NCBI GenBank assembly: GCA_020137815.1
Contig: CM035360.1
Location: forward strand, 2,480,001-2,544,000
DNA length: 64,000 bases
Direction: 5' to 3'
Source of the DNA: Hormiphora californensis
Taxonomy: Eukaryota > Animalia > Ctenophora
Within the stretch, counting starts at the first letter, position 1; each line of letters opens with the position of its first letter. The notes under the pieces were generated by a model, which made no database searches, was not told the DNA's origin, and saw only the letters and a list, made by a program, of their open reading frames with translations. Made by a program: the position numbers and the translations under genes. This document shows positions 24,401-36,712 of the stretch, in pieces.

Positions 24401-27077
24401 AAATCCCACTCCTCCCTTACTAGACCACCCTCCTCCCTCAATCAAAATCCCCCTCCTCCTTTACTAGACCACCCTCCTCCCTCAATCAAAATCCCCCTCC
24501 TCCCTTACTAGACCCCCCTCCTCCCTCAATCCAGATCTTCCTCCTCCCTCAATCAAAATCCCCCTCCTCCCTCAATCAAAATCCCCCTCCTCCCTCAATC
24601 AAAATCCCCCTCCTCCCTCAATCAAAATCCCCCTCCTCCCTCAATCAAAATCCCCTCCTCCCTCAATCAAAATCCCCCTCCTCCCTCAATCAAAATCCCC
24701 CTCCTCCCTCAATCAAAATCCCCCTCCTCCCTCAATACTAGAACCCCCTCCTCCCTCAATCAAAATCCCCCTCCTCCTTTACTAGACCACCCTCCTCCCT
24801 CAATCAAAATCCCCCTCCTCCTTTACTAGACCACCCTCCTCCCTCAATCAAAATCCCCCTCCTCCCTTACTAGACCCCCCTCCTCCCTCAATCCAGATCT
24901 TCCTCCTCCCTCAATCAAAATCCCCCTCCTCCCTCAATCAAAATCCCCCTCCTCCCTCAATCAAAATCCCCCTCCTCCCTCAATCAAAATCCCCTTCCTC
25001 CCTCAATCAAAATCCCCTTCCTCCCTCAATCAAAATCCCCCTCCTCCCTCAATCAAAATCCCCCTCCTCCCTCAATACTAGAACCCCCTCCTCCCTCAAT
25101 CAAAATCCCCCTCCTCCTTTACTAGACCACCCTCCTCCCTCAATCAAAATCCCCCTCCTCCTTTACTAGACCACCCTCCTCCCTCAATCAAAATCCCCCT
25201 CCTCCCTTACTAGACCCCCCTCCTCCCTCAATCCAGATCTTCCTCCTCCCTCAATCAAAATCCCCCTCCTCCCTCAATCAAAATCCCCCTCCTCCCTCAA
25301 TCAAAATCCCCCTCCTCCCTCAATCAAAATCCCCCTCCTCCCTCAATCAAAATCCCCTTCCTCCCTCAATCAAAATCCCCCTCCTCCCTCAATCAAAATC
25401 CCCCTCCTCCCTCAATACTAGAACCCCCAGAGGACTGTAATGCGGAGTTCCCGACATCAGCCAACATCAGTGAAACAGACAACGTCACCACCACTAAGCG
25501 AAGGGAATGTTTCGAGGTGAGTCACCACCACTAAGCGAAGGGAATGTTTCGAGGTACACAATTGGTCGGACCCCCGGACCCCGATTTACCGGGATGATCC
25601 GGGTTCCGGTAAACCGGGGTCCCGTCACTAAATCTTTTTTTGTCTTCTTCAATCCTCGGTTTTGATATATTTAGTTTAATACCCTATACATAGTCAATGG
25701 TCGGCGATAATCCTTAAAATTATGTAACGTTGACATTAAAATTTCTGTTGTGTGAGAAAAAAGAAAGAAAATGTGAGAATGTAGCTAGAGAAAATCAATT
25801 TCTGTTATAAAGATCTCAAAATGTGACGTGAAGATCGCTCATAACATTTAACAACAAAAGACTCCCTCGCTACATACATATATATGTATCTTGTTGTTTT
25901 GTACGTTTGTAATGTCAGTCTTTTGTTTTCTTTAACATCTCCCCAGTCCCCGTTGCGCACTGGAGTCTGCACCACGTACTTTCTCATTTTCATGTAATCA
26001 TGCTCGCTCCCCCCCCCCCCCGCTTCTCTCTACTTTTCGAATCTATTATTGGAGCTAAATCCAAATCTAAACCCATTATATTAGGAGGAAGAGGAGTGGA
26101 GAGAGAACGAATTCACCTCGACCATGTGGGGCGGTCTCAACCTCACCATGTCAGCCCGGTCATGCAACTTATCCTACCAGTACACCGACATCCTGTGTGA
26201 CACACAAAATTCAGAGTATGAAATATGAATATATTATATTTTGTGCGATATCAATTTGTTTACTGTATAAGTTTCTTGGTGACGCTGCCAACCACACGAA
26301 GCAAGGCAAACGAAGCCTGCATTCCGCAAAGCATAGTACGTTTTCCAAGTTTTCAAGACTCCAACAAATCGTAATATCCACAGAAATTGGACTTGGAGAT
26401 CTGAATTTGAGTTTAAGGACATGACGATGAACATGATACCATGCTGTCCTACCGATGGAAATGGCTGCGGGGGAACATGTTTCAGCCAAACTCCAGTAAG
26501 TAACTGTCTGGCGCCGCGACCCCATCTGAGCACACTGTCATCAAATGGGGTATGGCGCCGCCATACGGGTAAGTAATGGCAACTTTTCCTATTCCTGAGT
26601 AATATTCCTTGGTAGCCCACAATTAAAACAGTAAACACTCATTTCAGAGAAAGACTGGCGAATTTATCAAGGATGAATGTCTGATCGAAGAGAAGAAGAT
26701 CACCGCTAGAATTCGAACAATGGTAGCAAACGGAAGCCCTCACATACTGCACGGTAAATATCTTATGTTCAAACCCTGTCAGGTCAATGCTCTGACAAAC
26801 CAGGGATATCGCGGTGAGACAGGGTCGCGAGCAAAGCTACGGTAAACACTGTCAGAGAATTGGCCTGACACGATAAACATCCGAAAATCATTATGTTAGT
26901 CACCGGGTCACCCCCCTTGATTTGTACAAACAGTCTAACTTGGCAACCCCCCCCCCCCCGCCCCCCCCCCCTTTTAGAAAAATCTCTCACCTGCACAACC
27001 CCTTGAATGATCTTTATATTTTTTCAGTGGTTTCAGTGATCAGCATTATAGTGATGAGTATTCTTTTTGGAGAATAA
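21415..27077 (+). CDS. Secreted YHYH-domain protein with Cys-rich C-terminal region and probable GPI-anchor signal
   Basis: Exons 21415-21531, 21744-21857, 22027-22123, 22312-22414, 22610-22692, 23346-23497, 23842-23926, 25431-25516, ~26084-26180/26194, 26384-26496, 26648-26753, 27028-27077. Motifs NAIPDH, IPANP, IGVTVKGVPIYNP, DACGG..YHYY, GVAIDGFPIFGPY, LDECGGR, YKYH match the YHYH family. Signal peptide MFLIIGLLPGLVQC; hydrophobic tail NGS...VVSVISIIVMSILFGE*. The 3' exon structure is less certain. Confidence 0.85.
22712..22932. mobile_element. Intronic MITE, possible TAA TSD (PIF/Harbinger-like)
   Basis: CCAGTTACAAATTGGAAACTG ... CAGTTTCCAATTTGTAACTGG inverted termini, flanked by TAA. 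Confidence 0.6.
24071..24258. mobile_element. Intronic TA-flanked MITE
   Basis: GGGATCCCTAAAAAAGTTCAGTATTTACACAGCGTTTACACCAG with inverted copy ending at 24258. Confidence 0.75.
24320..25430. repeat. C-rich ~24-bp minisatellite (CCCCTCCTCCCTCAATCAAAATC) with 340-bp higher-order period
   Basis: Variant CTCAATACTAGAACCCC recurs at 24731, 25071 and 25411. Confidence 0.9.
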
Positions 27078-27518
27078 AAAAATTAACGGTATGTGCGAAC
27101 AGCCAAGAAATGTTTGTCAGTAAGTCGAGAATAACTGTTTTTTTGACAAAAGTTGTTTTTTGAAACTTTTAGACAAGAACAATTAAGACTTATTGGTTTA
27201 TTGGTAATTGCTAGTCCCTCATTATTACATATGTTGTGCTGTTGTCATGAAAATTATCATGATTTTATTATTATCAGAGATGATTTTGTTATTTTCTTTC
27301 ATCTAGGATGTGGTCAGTAAACATTTCTGTGTTCCTTTTCACCGCATTGGATGTGAAAGAAGATATGATCTGAATATCAAAATGAGGTGATCTTCAATCA
27401 GCCACACCATCCTCATTCCTCACACTACTATTGTTTTAACAGTGTGTGTGTGTGTGCGTGTGTATTTTAACGTGTGTATTTTAACGTGTGTATTATAATT
27501 GATGTATTGCTACTATTG

Positions 27519-29776
27519 GGGGGGGGGGTTCCAACCTATTTTTTTGTATTTTTTTGTATTTTTTTGTACGGACCATACATAAAAGTAACCAAAATTCCTG
27601 TTTTTTTTCATACAAACAATACAAAAAAATACAAAAAAATACAAAAAAATAATGAAGGATGTGGGTGCGTGAAAAAAGTATAAATAATACATGTACATGA
27701 ACATAAACGGAACCCAGCTATACATAAACGGTAAGAAACTGCGATTCGGGGAAATTTCTCGCTTAGAAAATACGATTCGAGAAAATTTTCTCGGTAAGAA
27801 ATTGCGATCCGGGAAAATTTCTCGCTTAGAAAATACGATTCGAGAAAATTTTCTTGGTAAGAAATTGCGATTTGGAGAAATTTCTCGCTTAGAAAATACG
27901 ATTCGAGAAAATTTTCTCGGTAAGAAATTGCGATCCGGGAAAATTTCTCGCTTAGAAAATACGATTCGAGAAAATTTTCTTGGTAAGAAATTGCGATTTG
28001 GAGAAATTTCTCGCTTAGAAAATACGATTCGAGAAAATTTTCTCGGTAAGAAATTGCGATTCGAGGAAATTTCTCGCTTAGAAAATACGATTCGAGAAAA
28101 TTTTCTCGGTAAGAAACTGCGATTCGGGGAAATTTCTCGCTTAGAAAATACGATTCGAGAAAATTTTCTCGGTAAGAAATTGCGATCCGGGAAAATTTCT
28201 CGCTTAGAAAATACGATTCGAGAAAATTTTCTTGGTAAGAAATTGCGATTTGGAGAAATTTCTCGCTTAGAAAATACGATTCGAGAAAATTTTCTCGGTA
28301 AGAAATTGCGATTCGAGGAAATTTCTCGCTTAGAAAATACGATTCGAGAAAATTTTCTCGGTAAGAAATTACGATTCGGGGAAATTTCTCGCTTAGAAAA
28401 TACGATTCGGGAAAATTTTCTCGGTAAGAAATTGCGATTCAGGGAAATTTCTCGCTTAGAAAATACGATTCGAGAAAATTTTCTCGGTAAGAAATTGCGA
28501 TTCGGGAAAATTTCTCGCTTAGAAAATACGATTCGAGAAAATTTTCTCGGTAAGAAATTGCGATTCGGGGAAATTTCTCGCTTAGAATATACGATTCGAG
28601 AAAATTTTCTCGGTAAGAAATTGCGATTCGGGGAAATTTATCGCTTAGAAAATACGATTCGAGAAAATTTTCTCGGTAAGAAATTGCGATTCGGGAAAAT
28701 TTCTCGCTTAGAAAATACGATTCGAGAAAATTTTCTCGGTAAGAAATTGCGATTCGGGGAAATTTCTCGCTTAGAATATACGATTCGAGAAAATTTTCTC
28801 GGTAAGAAATTGCGATTCGGGGAAATTTATCGCTTAGAAAATACGATTCGAGAAAATTTTCTCGGTAAGAAATTGCGATTCGGGAAAATTTCTCGCTTAG
28901 AAAATACGATTCGAGAAAATTTTCTCGGTAAGAAATTGCGATTCGAGGAAATTTCTCGCTTAGAAAATACGATTCGAGAAAATTTTCTTGGTAAGAAGTT
29001 GCGATTCGAGGAAATTTCTCGCTTAGAAAATACGATTCGAGAAAATTTTCTCGGTAAGAAATTGCGATTCGGGGAAATTTATCGCTTAGAAAATACGATT
29101 CGAGAAAATTTTCTCGGTAAGAAATTGCGATTCGGGAAAATTTCTCGCTTAGAAAATACGATTCGAGAAAATTTTCTCGGTAAGAAATTGCGATTCGGGG
29201 AAATTTCTCGCTTAGAATATACGATTCGAGAAAATTTTCTCGGTAAGAAATTGCGATTCGGGGAAATTTATCGCTTAGAAAATACGATTCGAGAAAATTT
29301 TCTCGGTAAGAAATTGCGATTCGGGAAAATTTCTCGCTTAGAAAATACGATTCGAGAAAATTTTCTCGGTAAGAAATTGCGATTCGAGGAAATTTCTCGC
29401 TTAGAAAATACGATTCGAGAAAATTTTCTTGGTAAGAAGTTGCGATTCGAGGAAATTTCTCGCTTAGAAAATACGATTCGAGAAAATTTTCTCGGTAAGA
29501 AATTGCGATTCGGGGAAATTTCTCTCGCGATTTTGGCATGCTACATATGTAAAATATGTATATATTTTGTGCTAAATTGCGTGAAATAGCGTGGAAGAAT
29601 GTTTAAAAACAGTAAAAGTTCGAACAATAATGGTAAATTACCATATAAAACTGTTTTTATTTTTTTGTATTTTTTTGTACTTTTTTGTATTTTTTTGTAT
29701 TTTTTTGTATTTTTTTGTTTGAGGAAAGCCCTGTTTTTTTCCGTACAAACATACAAGAAATAGGTTGGAACCCCCC
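27519..29776. mobile_element. Non-autonomous MULE-like element carrying an internal 63-bp satellite
   Basis: TIR G(n)TTCCAACCTATTT / AAATAGGTTGGAAC(n); 9-bp TSD CTACTATTG at 27510-27518 and 29777-29785; subterminal TACAAAAAAA repeats. Confidence 0.8.
27730..29525. repeat. 63-bp tandem array, ~28 copies (dimer of 31- and 32-bp subunits)
   Basis: Unit GGTAAGAAATTGCGATTCGGGGAAATTTCTC-GCTTAGAAAATACGATTCGAGAAAATTTTCTC. Confidence 0.95.
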
Positions 29777-30456
29777 CTACTATTGCTGTATTTGTTCATG
29801 TTATGCTTTTTACAAAAACCTCTTTAACATGTCTTGTTATCAAATGAGTTGAAATTTAAGGAATGGGTATACTCTGGAATAGTTGGAATCGTTTAGCGCA
29901 CACCGTTAAGGAGAAATTTGAGGTTAACTTTTATCCCAAAAGTCCAAGTTAACCTCAATAATTCACAGAAGGGATGACTTGAGACAGCAGAAACGGTTCA
30001 AAAAGTTAGATCTTACCAAGGAGAGTGTGACTGTAAAATTTCATTGATCTGACCCTAGCGGTTCACAAAATATCGGAGGTTAACACATTTCCCGAAAAGT
30101 AGCCTTTTGGTCAATATCTCAGAACAATTTTTTCCCACTTTTTCCTACTTCCCATTTTGATAGTTTGAATTGGTTGGATGTTAACCTCAATAACCCTCTG
30201 GCCTTAAAGATTCGCTCATAAACGTAGATCTGCTGTACAGAATAATGATCAGTTGCTTGTGGTACTGATGCTATAACTCAGGATAGATAGATATCACCCT
30301 GGTACTGAATTATTAATATGGCGGGATTCATTAATAGAATCCATGAATAATTTGCTCGTGCAATATTGGCACACACTTTGTTGCTTGTCCGAGGTATGAT
30401 ATTCAAATAAGCGGTATAGAAATCTTCCGAAATCTTTGAATTGAAAGATCGTGCCA

Positions 30457-32092
30457 CACGGTGCACCAGAAGGATCGTGAACCCAAAGTTGAGCCCGCAA
30501 AACAAACTTTTGTTGGGGGTGACCCAGGAGGCCTTCCTGAACATCCCCACGGTGAGAAAAGTATATGTTATCGGGGAAAATTTTTGTTAAAATCGAAAAA
30601 ACTGGTTTTTGGTCCAAATTTGTGCATAACTTACTTGACTGCCGTTTGATGAAATATCTGATTGACATAAAATAAGTATACAAGACCTATTTTTGCACGA
30701 GGAATCGATTGCCGGTGGAGAGAAATCTCTAAAATGACCGGAAAATTGTCAAATATGGGAATTTTGTCATTTTTTGAGGTTTTTGGCCCTTTAACCATTG
30801 AAAACGTTGAGATATGAAGTTGGCAATAGCGTCAATCGTTAAAATGGTCATTTTTCTACGGGATCCCAAAATTTCATGTATATCCGATTCATTGTTAGAT
30901 TTTGGCAAACTATTGAGATGTGCTTACTGAAAAAATGATAACTTGATTTTCTCGTTTTTTGCGATTTTTTAACTTTTGACAGAATTCTGATTGAAATGGC
31001 CAATCAGGGCCATGCTAAAGTTGTTTATGGGACAATTTTCGACCAAAATCCAAGATTTCATGCAAATCCAATGACAGATCATTGATTTATAGAAAGTTGA
31101 AATAGGCAAAAAAGGCCAATTTTCACCATGAAAACAAAAATACACATTTTTTCTTGTCAATTTCCATCAACAACTGGTACTCTACCTATTTTTTGCACGT
31201 AGAATCGATTGCCGGTGGAGTGGATCCTCTTAAATGATTGGAAAGCGGTCGAAATGTCATTTTTTGGAAGTTTTTGGACCTCCAAAAAATGGCATTTCGA
31301 CCGCTTTCCAATCATTTAAGAGGATCCACTCCACCGGCAATCGATTCTACGTGCAAAAAATAGGTAGAGTACCAGTTGTTGATGGAAATTGACAAGAAAA
31401 AATGTGTATTTTTGTTTTCATGGTAAAAATTGGCCTTTTTTGCCTATTTCAACTTTCTATAAATCAATGATCTGTCATTGGATTTGCATGAAATCTTGGA
31501 TTTTGGTCGAAAATTGTCCCATAAACAACTTTAGCATGGCCCTGATTGGCCATTTCAATCAGAATTCTGTCAAAAGTTAAAAAATCGCAAAAAACGAGAA
31601 AATCAAGTTATCATTTTTTCAGTAAGCACATCTCAATAGTTTGCCAAAATCTAACAATGAATCGGATATACATGAAATTTTGGGATCCCGTAGAAAAATG
31701 ACCATTTTAACGATTGACGCTATTGCCAACTTCCTATCTCAACGTTTTCAATGGTTAAAGGGCCAAAAACCTCAAAAAATGACAAAATTCCCATATTTGA
31801 CAATTTTCCGGTCATTTTAGAGATTTCTCTCCACCGGCAATCGATTCCTCGTGCAAAAATAGGTCTTGTATACTTATTTTATGTCAATCAGATATTTCAT
31901 CAAACGGCAGTCAAGTAAGTTATGCACAAATTTGGACCAAAAACCAGTTTTTTCGATTTTAACAAAAATTTTCCCCGATAACATATACTTTTCTCACCGT
32001 GGGGATGTTCAGGAAGGCCTCCTGGGTCACCCCCAGCAAAAGTTTGTTTTGCGGGCTCAACTTTGGGTTCACGATCCTTCTGGTGCACCGTG
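30457..32092. mobile_element. 1.64-kb near-perfect palindromic element, CACGGTG termini, 4-bp TSD (Chapaev/CMC-like)
   Basis: GCCA|CACGGTGCACC...GGTGCACCGTG|GCCA; arms mirror to a ~6-nt loop at ~31272-31277; mirror-image ORFs in the ORF track confirm the symmetry. Confidence 0.85.
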
Positions 32093-32618
32093 GCCACAGG
32101 GTTCAAATCGTAGTAAAGCCATTGTGAAATTTCTGAGAAGGATATACAATGACTTAGAATCTAATTTGCGGTAGCTATCATTTGGTTTGACGCTCTTATT
32201 GTCCCTAGTTGTGGCTGAGATATTTGTATGATCATGGTTCACATGCCTTAGTTACCAGCCCTAGCAACCAAACACCGGTTAACTCTTTAAAACACCTGAG
32301 CTGTATGCAGCCAATGAACGTCCTTACAATGCCACTATGCACGCTGTCTATTATAGGAGCTGGTCTTTATCCAAATACTGGTAGTACAGTGCAGCTGCCA
32401 TATAATACAGTGCAGCTGCCATATAATAGTGCTCTCTTTTTCTCTTTTTTCACGTTTAACCACACAATGCCTATGTTAGTAAGTAAAAAAGAACTCAGAG
32501 GTAATAGGTATAATGTCTTCTGTTGAATTGGTCTTCGTTTTGCCAAACCCTGCTTGATATCCAACCCAAATATCTGTTTAGCAATTGCATCATTTTCAAT
32601 ATTTGTCTTCCCAGCAAC

Positions 32619-33927
32619 ATGGCCCTGTTCAGCGAGGGAGGTGTAACATTTCCAGACTTCCTATTCTTCCTGTACTTCCTTTCCATCCTCCTCCTAGCTG
32701 TCACCCTCAACTCATTGGTTCTCCATCACAACTTACAAGAAACGCCCCTCCCTTCCCCGGACTATGTTCATGATTCTGGCTACAACAGACATTCTGGTCT
32801 GTATTATATTTTCAGTTGGATCCGCATACTCTATCTGGTCGCCAAAGATGAGTGATGACATAATCGAATGCTCTCAGTTTGATGTATGTCAGGCTGAGGT
32901 GTATGATAATTATTACTACATGTGCGCCATCCACGAGGGAAGTAATATCACACTTGGCATGGTAGTTTACACTGTAATTGCCTTTGGAGTCCAGCTAACA
33001 CCGGTCATAGTGACGGGAGTGTTCACCACGATCCGATTTATCAGCATCCGGTTTCCTCTTCGCACCGTCAACAAGAGAATGGTTTTGGCGTTCCTAGGGT
33101 CTGTTCTCCCCTTTGCCTTTGTGGTTTTCACAGTGTGTTTGGCCGATACTGCAACATATGAAAAGTCTTATGTTGTTTCTCTAAATATGGCCATGCCTCG
33201 TCTGATAAAGGAGGATGATATCACGGATATGGATATGACGAGTAACGAGACAAGCGGCATTATATCAGGACCAATGAATATGGCCATGCCTCGACCGATA
33301 AAGGAGGACGATATCACGGATATGGATATGGATATGACAAGTAACAAGACGAGCGGCATTATATCAGGACCAGCAGGCCCTGGTAAATTTTATTGTGATT
33401 GTGATTGTAGGAGTTTAGAGGCAGATACTACTGGGGATGCAGTAACAGTTGATTACATTGAAACATTGCGTGCCCACGTTATTGCGATATTCCCGACTCT
33501 GATCATCCAACTGATAGGACTGGTAGCTACTGGTCTCACTATCTTCCATCTCCTTAGGATGCACTACAAACCAGAGGTAACCGGGAGTAACCGACCACGG
33601 TCGCACATCAAAGGAACGGTGAAACTCTTGATCATGAATCTTGGCAGTCTCCTATCATTCATCCTCTTCATCAATGCCATTCTCAGTGGTAATGACATAA
33701 TGAATGCGTCCAATGGGCAACACGAGGACTTTAAAGTATCAATTATCTTTCAGTTTTTTACCTTTCAAATCCTTCCTTCTCTAACCTCGACTCTCAACCC
33801 TACTCTCTACATCGCGTTCACCAGCGACACAGTACTGCCAGAGCGTCTCACAAGGTGGTGCAAAAAGAAGAATGCTAGGACGGTCAATCCAATGGCTTCT
33901 ACGGTCAATGAGACTACAGTAAACTGA
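32619..33927 (+). CDS. Intronless rhodopsin-like (class A) 7TM GPCR with a +1 frameshift at ~32733 (sequence error or pseudogene)
   Basis: TM1 FLFFLYFLSILLLAVTLNSLV lies in one frame; removing one T at 32733-4 gives HNYKKRPSLPRTMFMILATTDILV (TM2 LAxxD), then IRFISIRFP (TM3 end) and LNPTLY (NPxxY). Confidence 0.85.
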
Positions 33928-34869
33928 TGAAACAAGTATAGTTATTATATATAGTTTAGCAATACATCACATTGCTGTAGCAGCAGCACTGAACAGTGAA
34001 CTTGCAGCAGAGAGAGTCGTGTGCCCTTGAGTCCTGAGGGTAATGAATGAGAAAACATTAAGTTCCCTTGCTGGTGACTTGCTGGTGATTTATTTAACAT
34101 ATTCGAATGGAATTTCGCACCCGTTAAAACATTGATAAGCATTTTAAATACCAAATGTGAATATTTTATTGATTCCGCCGCGTTGACTGGGCTGGGCTGG
34201 GCGTAAGTCTCTTCATTTTTGTCATTTTTTTTCAGTGTGCGAGCCAATCAGAGACCTGTATGGTGGGAACTGGGAAAACGGAATCTCGGGGGTTTTTCGT
34301 TGGCCTACGCTGTGGCCCCCCTAGGCCCTAGCAGCTGTCAAAAACGCGTATGCTAAGGTTTTTTGAGGTTGGTTTGGACAAAAAAGGACAAAAGAATCTT
34401 TTTTAAAAGGACAAAAAACGCCGGCCCGGGGCGGATCGAGTAAAAAACGGTGCGCGCACTTGCGCGGCGTTAATTTTTGTTTTGCGCGCTTTAAAGACCC
34501 CCCAAAATTTGTCTGCGCGCAGTATACCCGGCTGGCCCGGCCCGGCCGGTCGCAACTTTTCCAAATTAAAAAAATTTCACTCCCTCAGCCCTCTGCCTTA
34601 TCCCACACTCCGGTTCCTGATGAGACTTGTTCCCGATTGCATTGAAAAGGTCTCCCAATTATCTTTCCAGTACAACCGGGATTAAGTCTCTATCTCATCA
34701 GGAACCGGAAATATCTCAAAATAATAAGTTTTTACGACCATTATGATACATGGGACTGCGACATTGTTATGTTTTAACCCTCCTTTACATTTGCACGCAC
34801 GGAAGGGGGTCGAGCTAGACCAAGAGGCAAGAAGCTCTAAGTTTGACATCCTTATGTACGTTAGGTCTA

Positions 34870-36320
34870 ATGAGAATGCCCGCTGCCCTAGACGAAACAG
34901 TAAGCTGTTACTTTACACTTGCCAGACCTGTTCCAAAGCTAAAACGGCTCCTGACATCAATCCAAAACTCTGCCAACGCCATAAGCCCTCAGGTAAACTC
35001 ATTCACCTAACGCTGTATCCGTGCTACAATTCAACAAATTTATTTCCCCTCATTGATCATTGATCAAAGGAATTTAAACAAATAATATATTAGTTGAATG
35101 GATGAAGTTTATAACCGCAGTAATAAAGTGCATTATGATATTAATATAATGTAATGGTAGCCTCCTTTAGGTGAGCGATGAGGTGCAGGATTTGATTCTG
35201 AGACTTGTTAATGACTCTCTCCAACCGGAAACATTTTGTGTCGAGATTGAGCGGCTCACGCAGTGCCCCTTACAACAATTTATCGTGCCTTTCATATCAT
35301 CCACATTACCTCAACTCCAAGAAGAGATCAGATCTACAAGTGAACCCACTCCGAGCGGTCCAGGAATGCAGGCGATTAAAAGGGAGAGTCAGAGTCCGAC
35401 ACCAGTTTCTCCTGTTGAAAATAAACGAAAAACCCCGCCGACATCATCGGATGTTCTTGAACCTCAACCGAAGAGGTCCATTGACAGTTCTCCAAAGCCA
35501 TGTAAGTGGAAGCGTTTGACAATTCTTTAATTCTTTAATTGCTAATTTAGTCGCTGATTGCAGATATGTAACCCTTTATAATAACTTTCCAGCTGCCAAA
35601 AGAGCTCTACTAATTGCGACGTGTGTTAGAATGCTGGCTGCGGAGCTGGAAAGGGTCCTCACAAGATTCACGGGAGAAGAAGCGGAACTAAAGCAATTAG
35701 AATTGAAATCAGAACTTGAGATTCTATCAAAATCCCTCTCAGCTCTTTTACCAGGTAGCATAAATCAATGAATTTATATGATTATTAATGATTCCTAATG
35801 ATCTGTGAAGAAATGCTGGCGACCGGTAACATGGAGCTACCTCGACCTTGAACAATGAACGTTTCGTTTCGGTATTATCAATTGATCGTTTTCCATGTGT
35901 AATTGTACAGAGGGTGAAACAGCTGTTTTGCTGGAACGGATAAAGTCAGTGCTAGCCGAGCAGGCAGAGCAAAAGGAAAATAGGGACAGTAACTGCTGGA
36001 ACTGTGGCCGTAAGGTAGGAACCGTTAGAATTGCTGAAAATGTTGCTGTAGCACTGTGGTACCAACATATTAATTAATTAATCAATATGTTGGTACATAT
36101 TCATTAATAATATATTGTAATTCACTGGTGTACTGGTGCCGACACCTATAATTGTGCAGATTTTCCATATCCAATACAAATCCACCTTTTCCAGGCACAA
36201 GAGTGGTGTAGTGGGTGTAAAGTAGCCCGGTATTGCGGACAGTTTTGTCAACTAAAACATTGGCAAAATCATCATAAGGAATGCAGTGCTGCAGAGAAGC
36301 CTGGTGATATTAGTAGTTAA
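34870..36320 (+). CDS. CBFA2T: ETO/MTG8/nervy-family corepressor (TAFH/NHR1 + MYND finger), ~281 aa
   Basis: Exons 34870-34992, 35171-35501, 35593-35754, 35911-36014, 36195-36320. [33 protein letters not shown]...[21 protein letters not shown] is TAFH; [37 protein letters not shown] is the ETO-type MYND. True start uncertain. Confidence 0.9.
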
Positions 36321-36712
36321 TTGGTCTATAGATGCCAATGGCATCATGCCATAACAACGGTACAGTTGCCATAACAACGGTACAGTTGCCATAACAACGG
36401 GACAGTTGCCATAACAACGTTCATACCAAATTTGGTAATCTCTATAATACTGGATATTGGATCAGATCCGACAACGGACATTTTTATTTGACGTAATATC
36501 AAAGACACTTTATATAACCTAACTAAATGTAATATTTCACACTTTAATATGTCCTGTATAATCGGTTATTATGTTCTATATCACAAAATCAATGCGTTTC
36601 GAACGTCTACTATTATTGCAGTAGCCTCAGGAGCTTCTTCTTCATGACGGCTTGGTGATAAGGTTCTACAACTCTTCTAATTTAGATCCTCCCCCACAAA
36701 CAACACAAGGTT

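Noticed and set aside
27730-29525. CRISPR-like appearance of the palindromic ~31-bp periodic array
   Set aside because: No unique spacers, no cas genes, eukaryotic context; a plain tandem repeat.
30457-30510. Full RAG recombination signal (heptamer-spacer-nonamer)
   Set aside because: Only a heptamer-like terminus; no ACAAAAACC at 12/23 spacing and no RAG-like ORF in the window.
30278-32174. Mirror-image ORFs of 60-130 aa (similar pairs at 14870-16568)
   Set aside because: Products of palindromic element arms; no recognisable domains.
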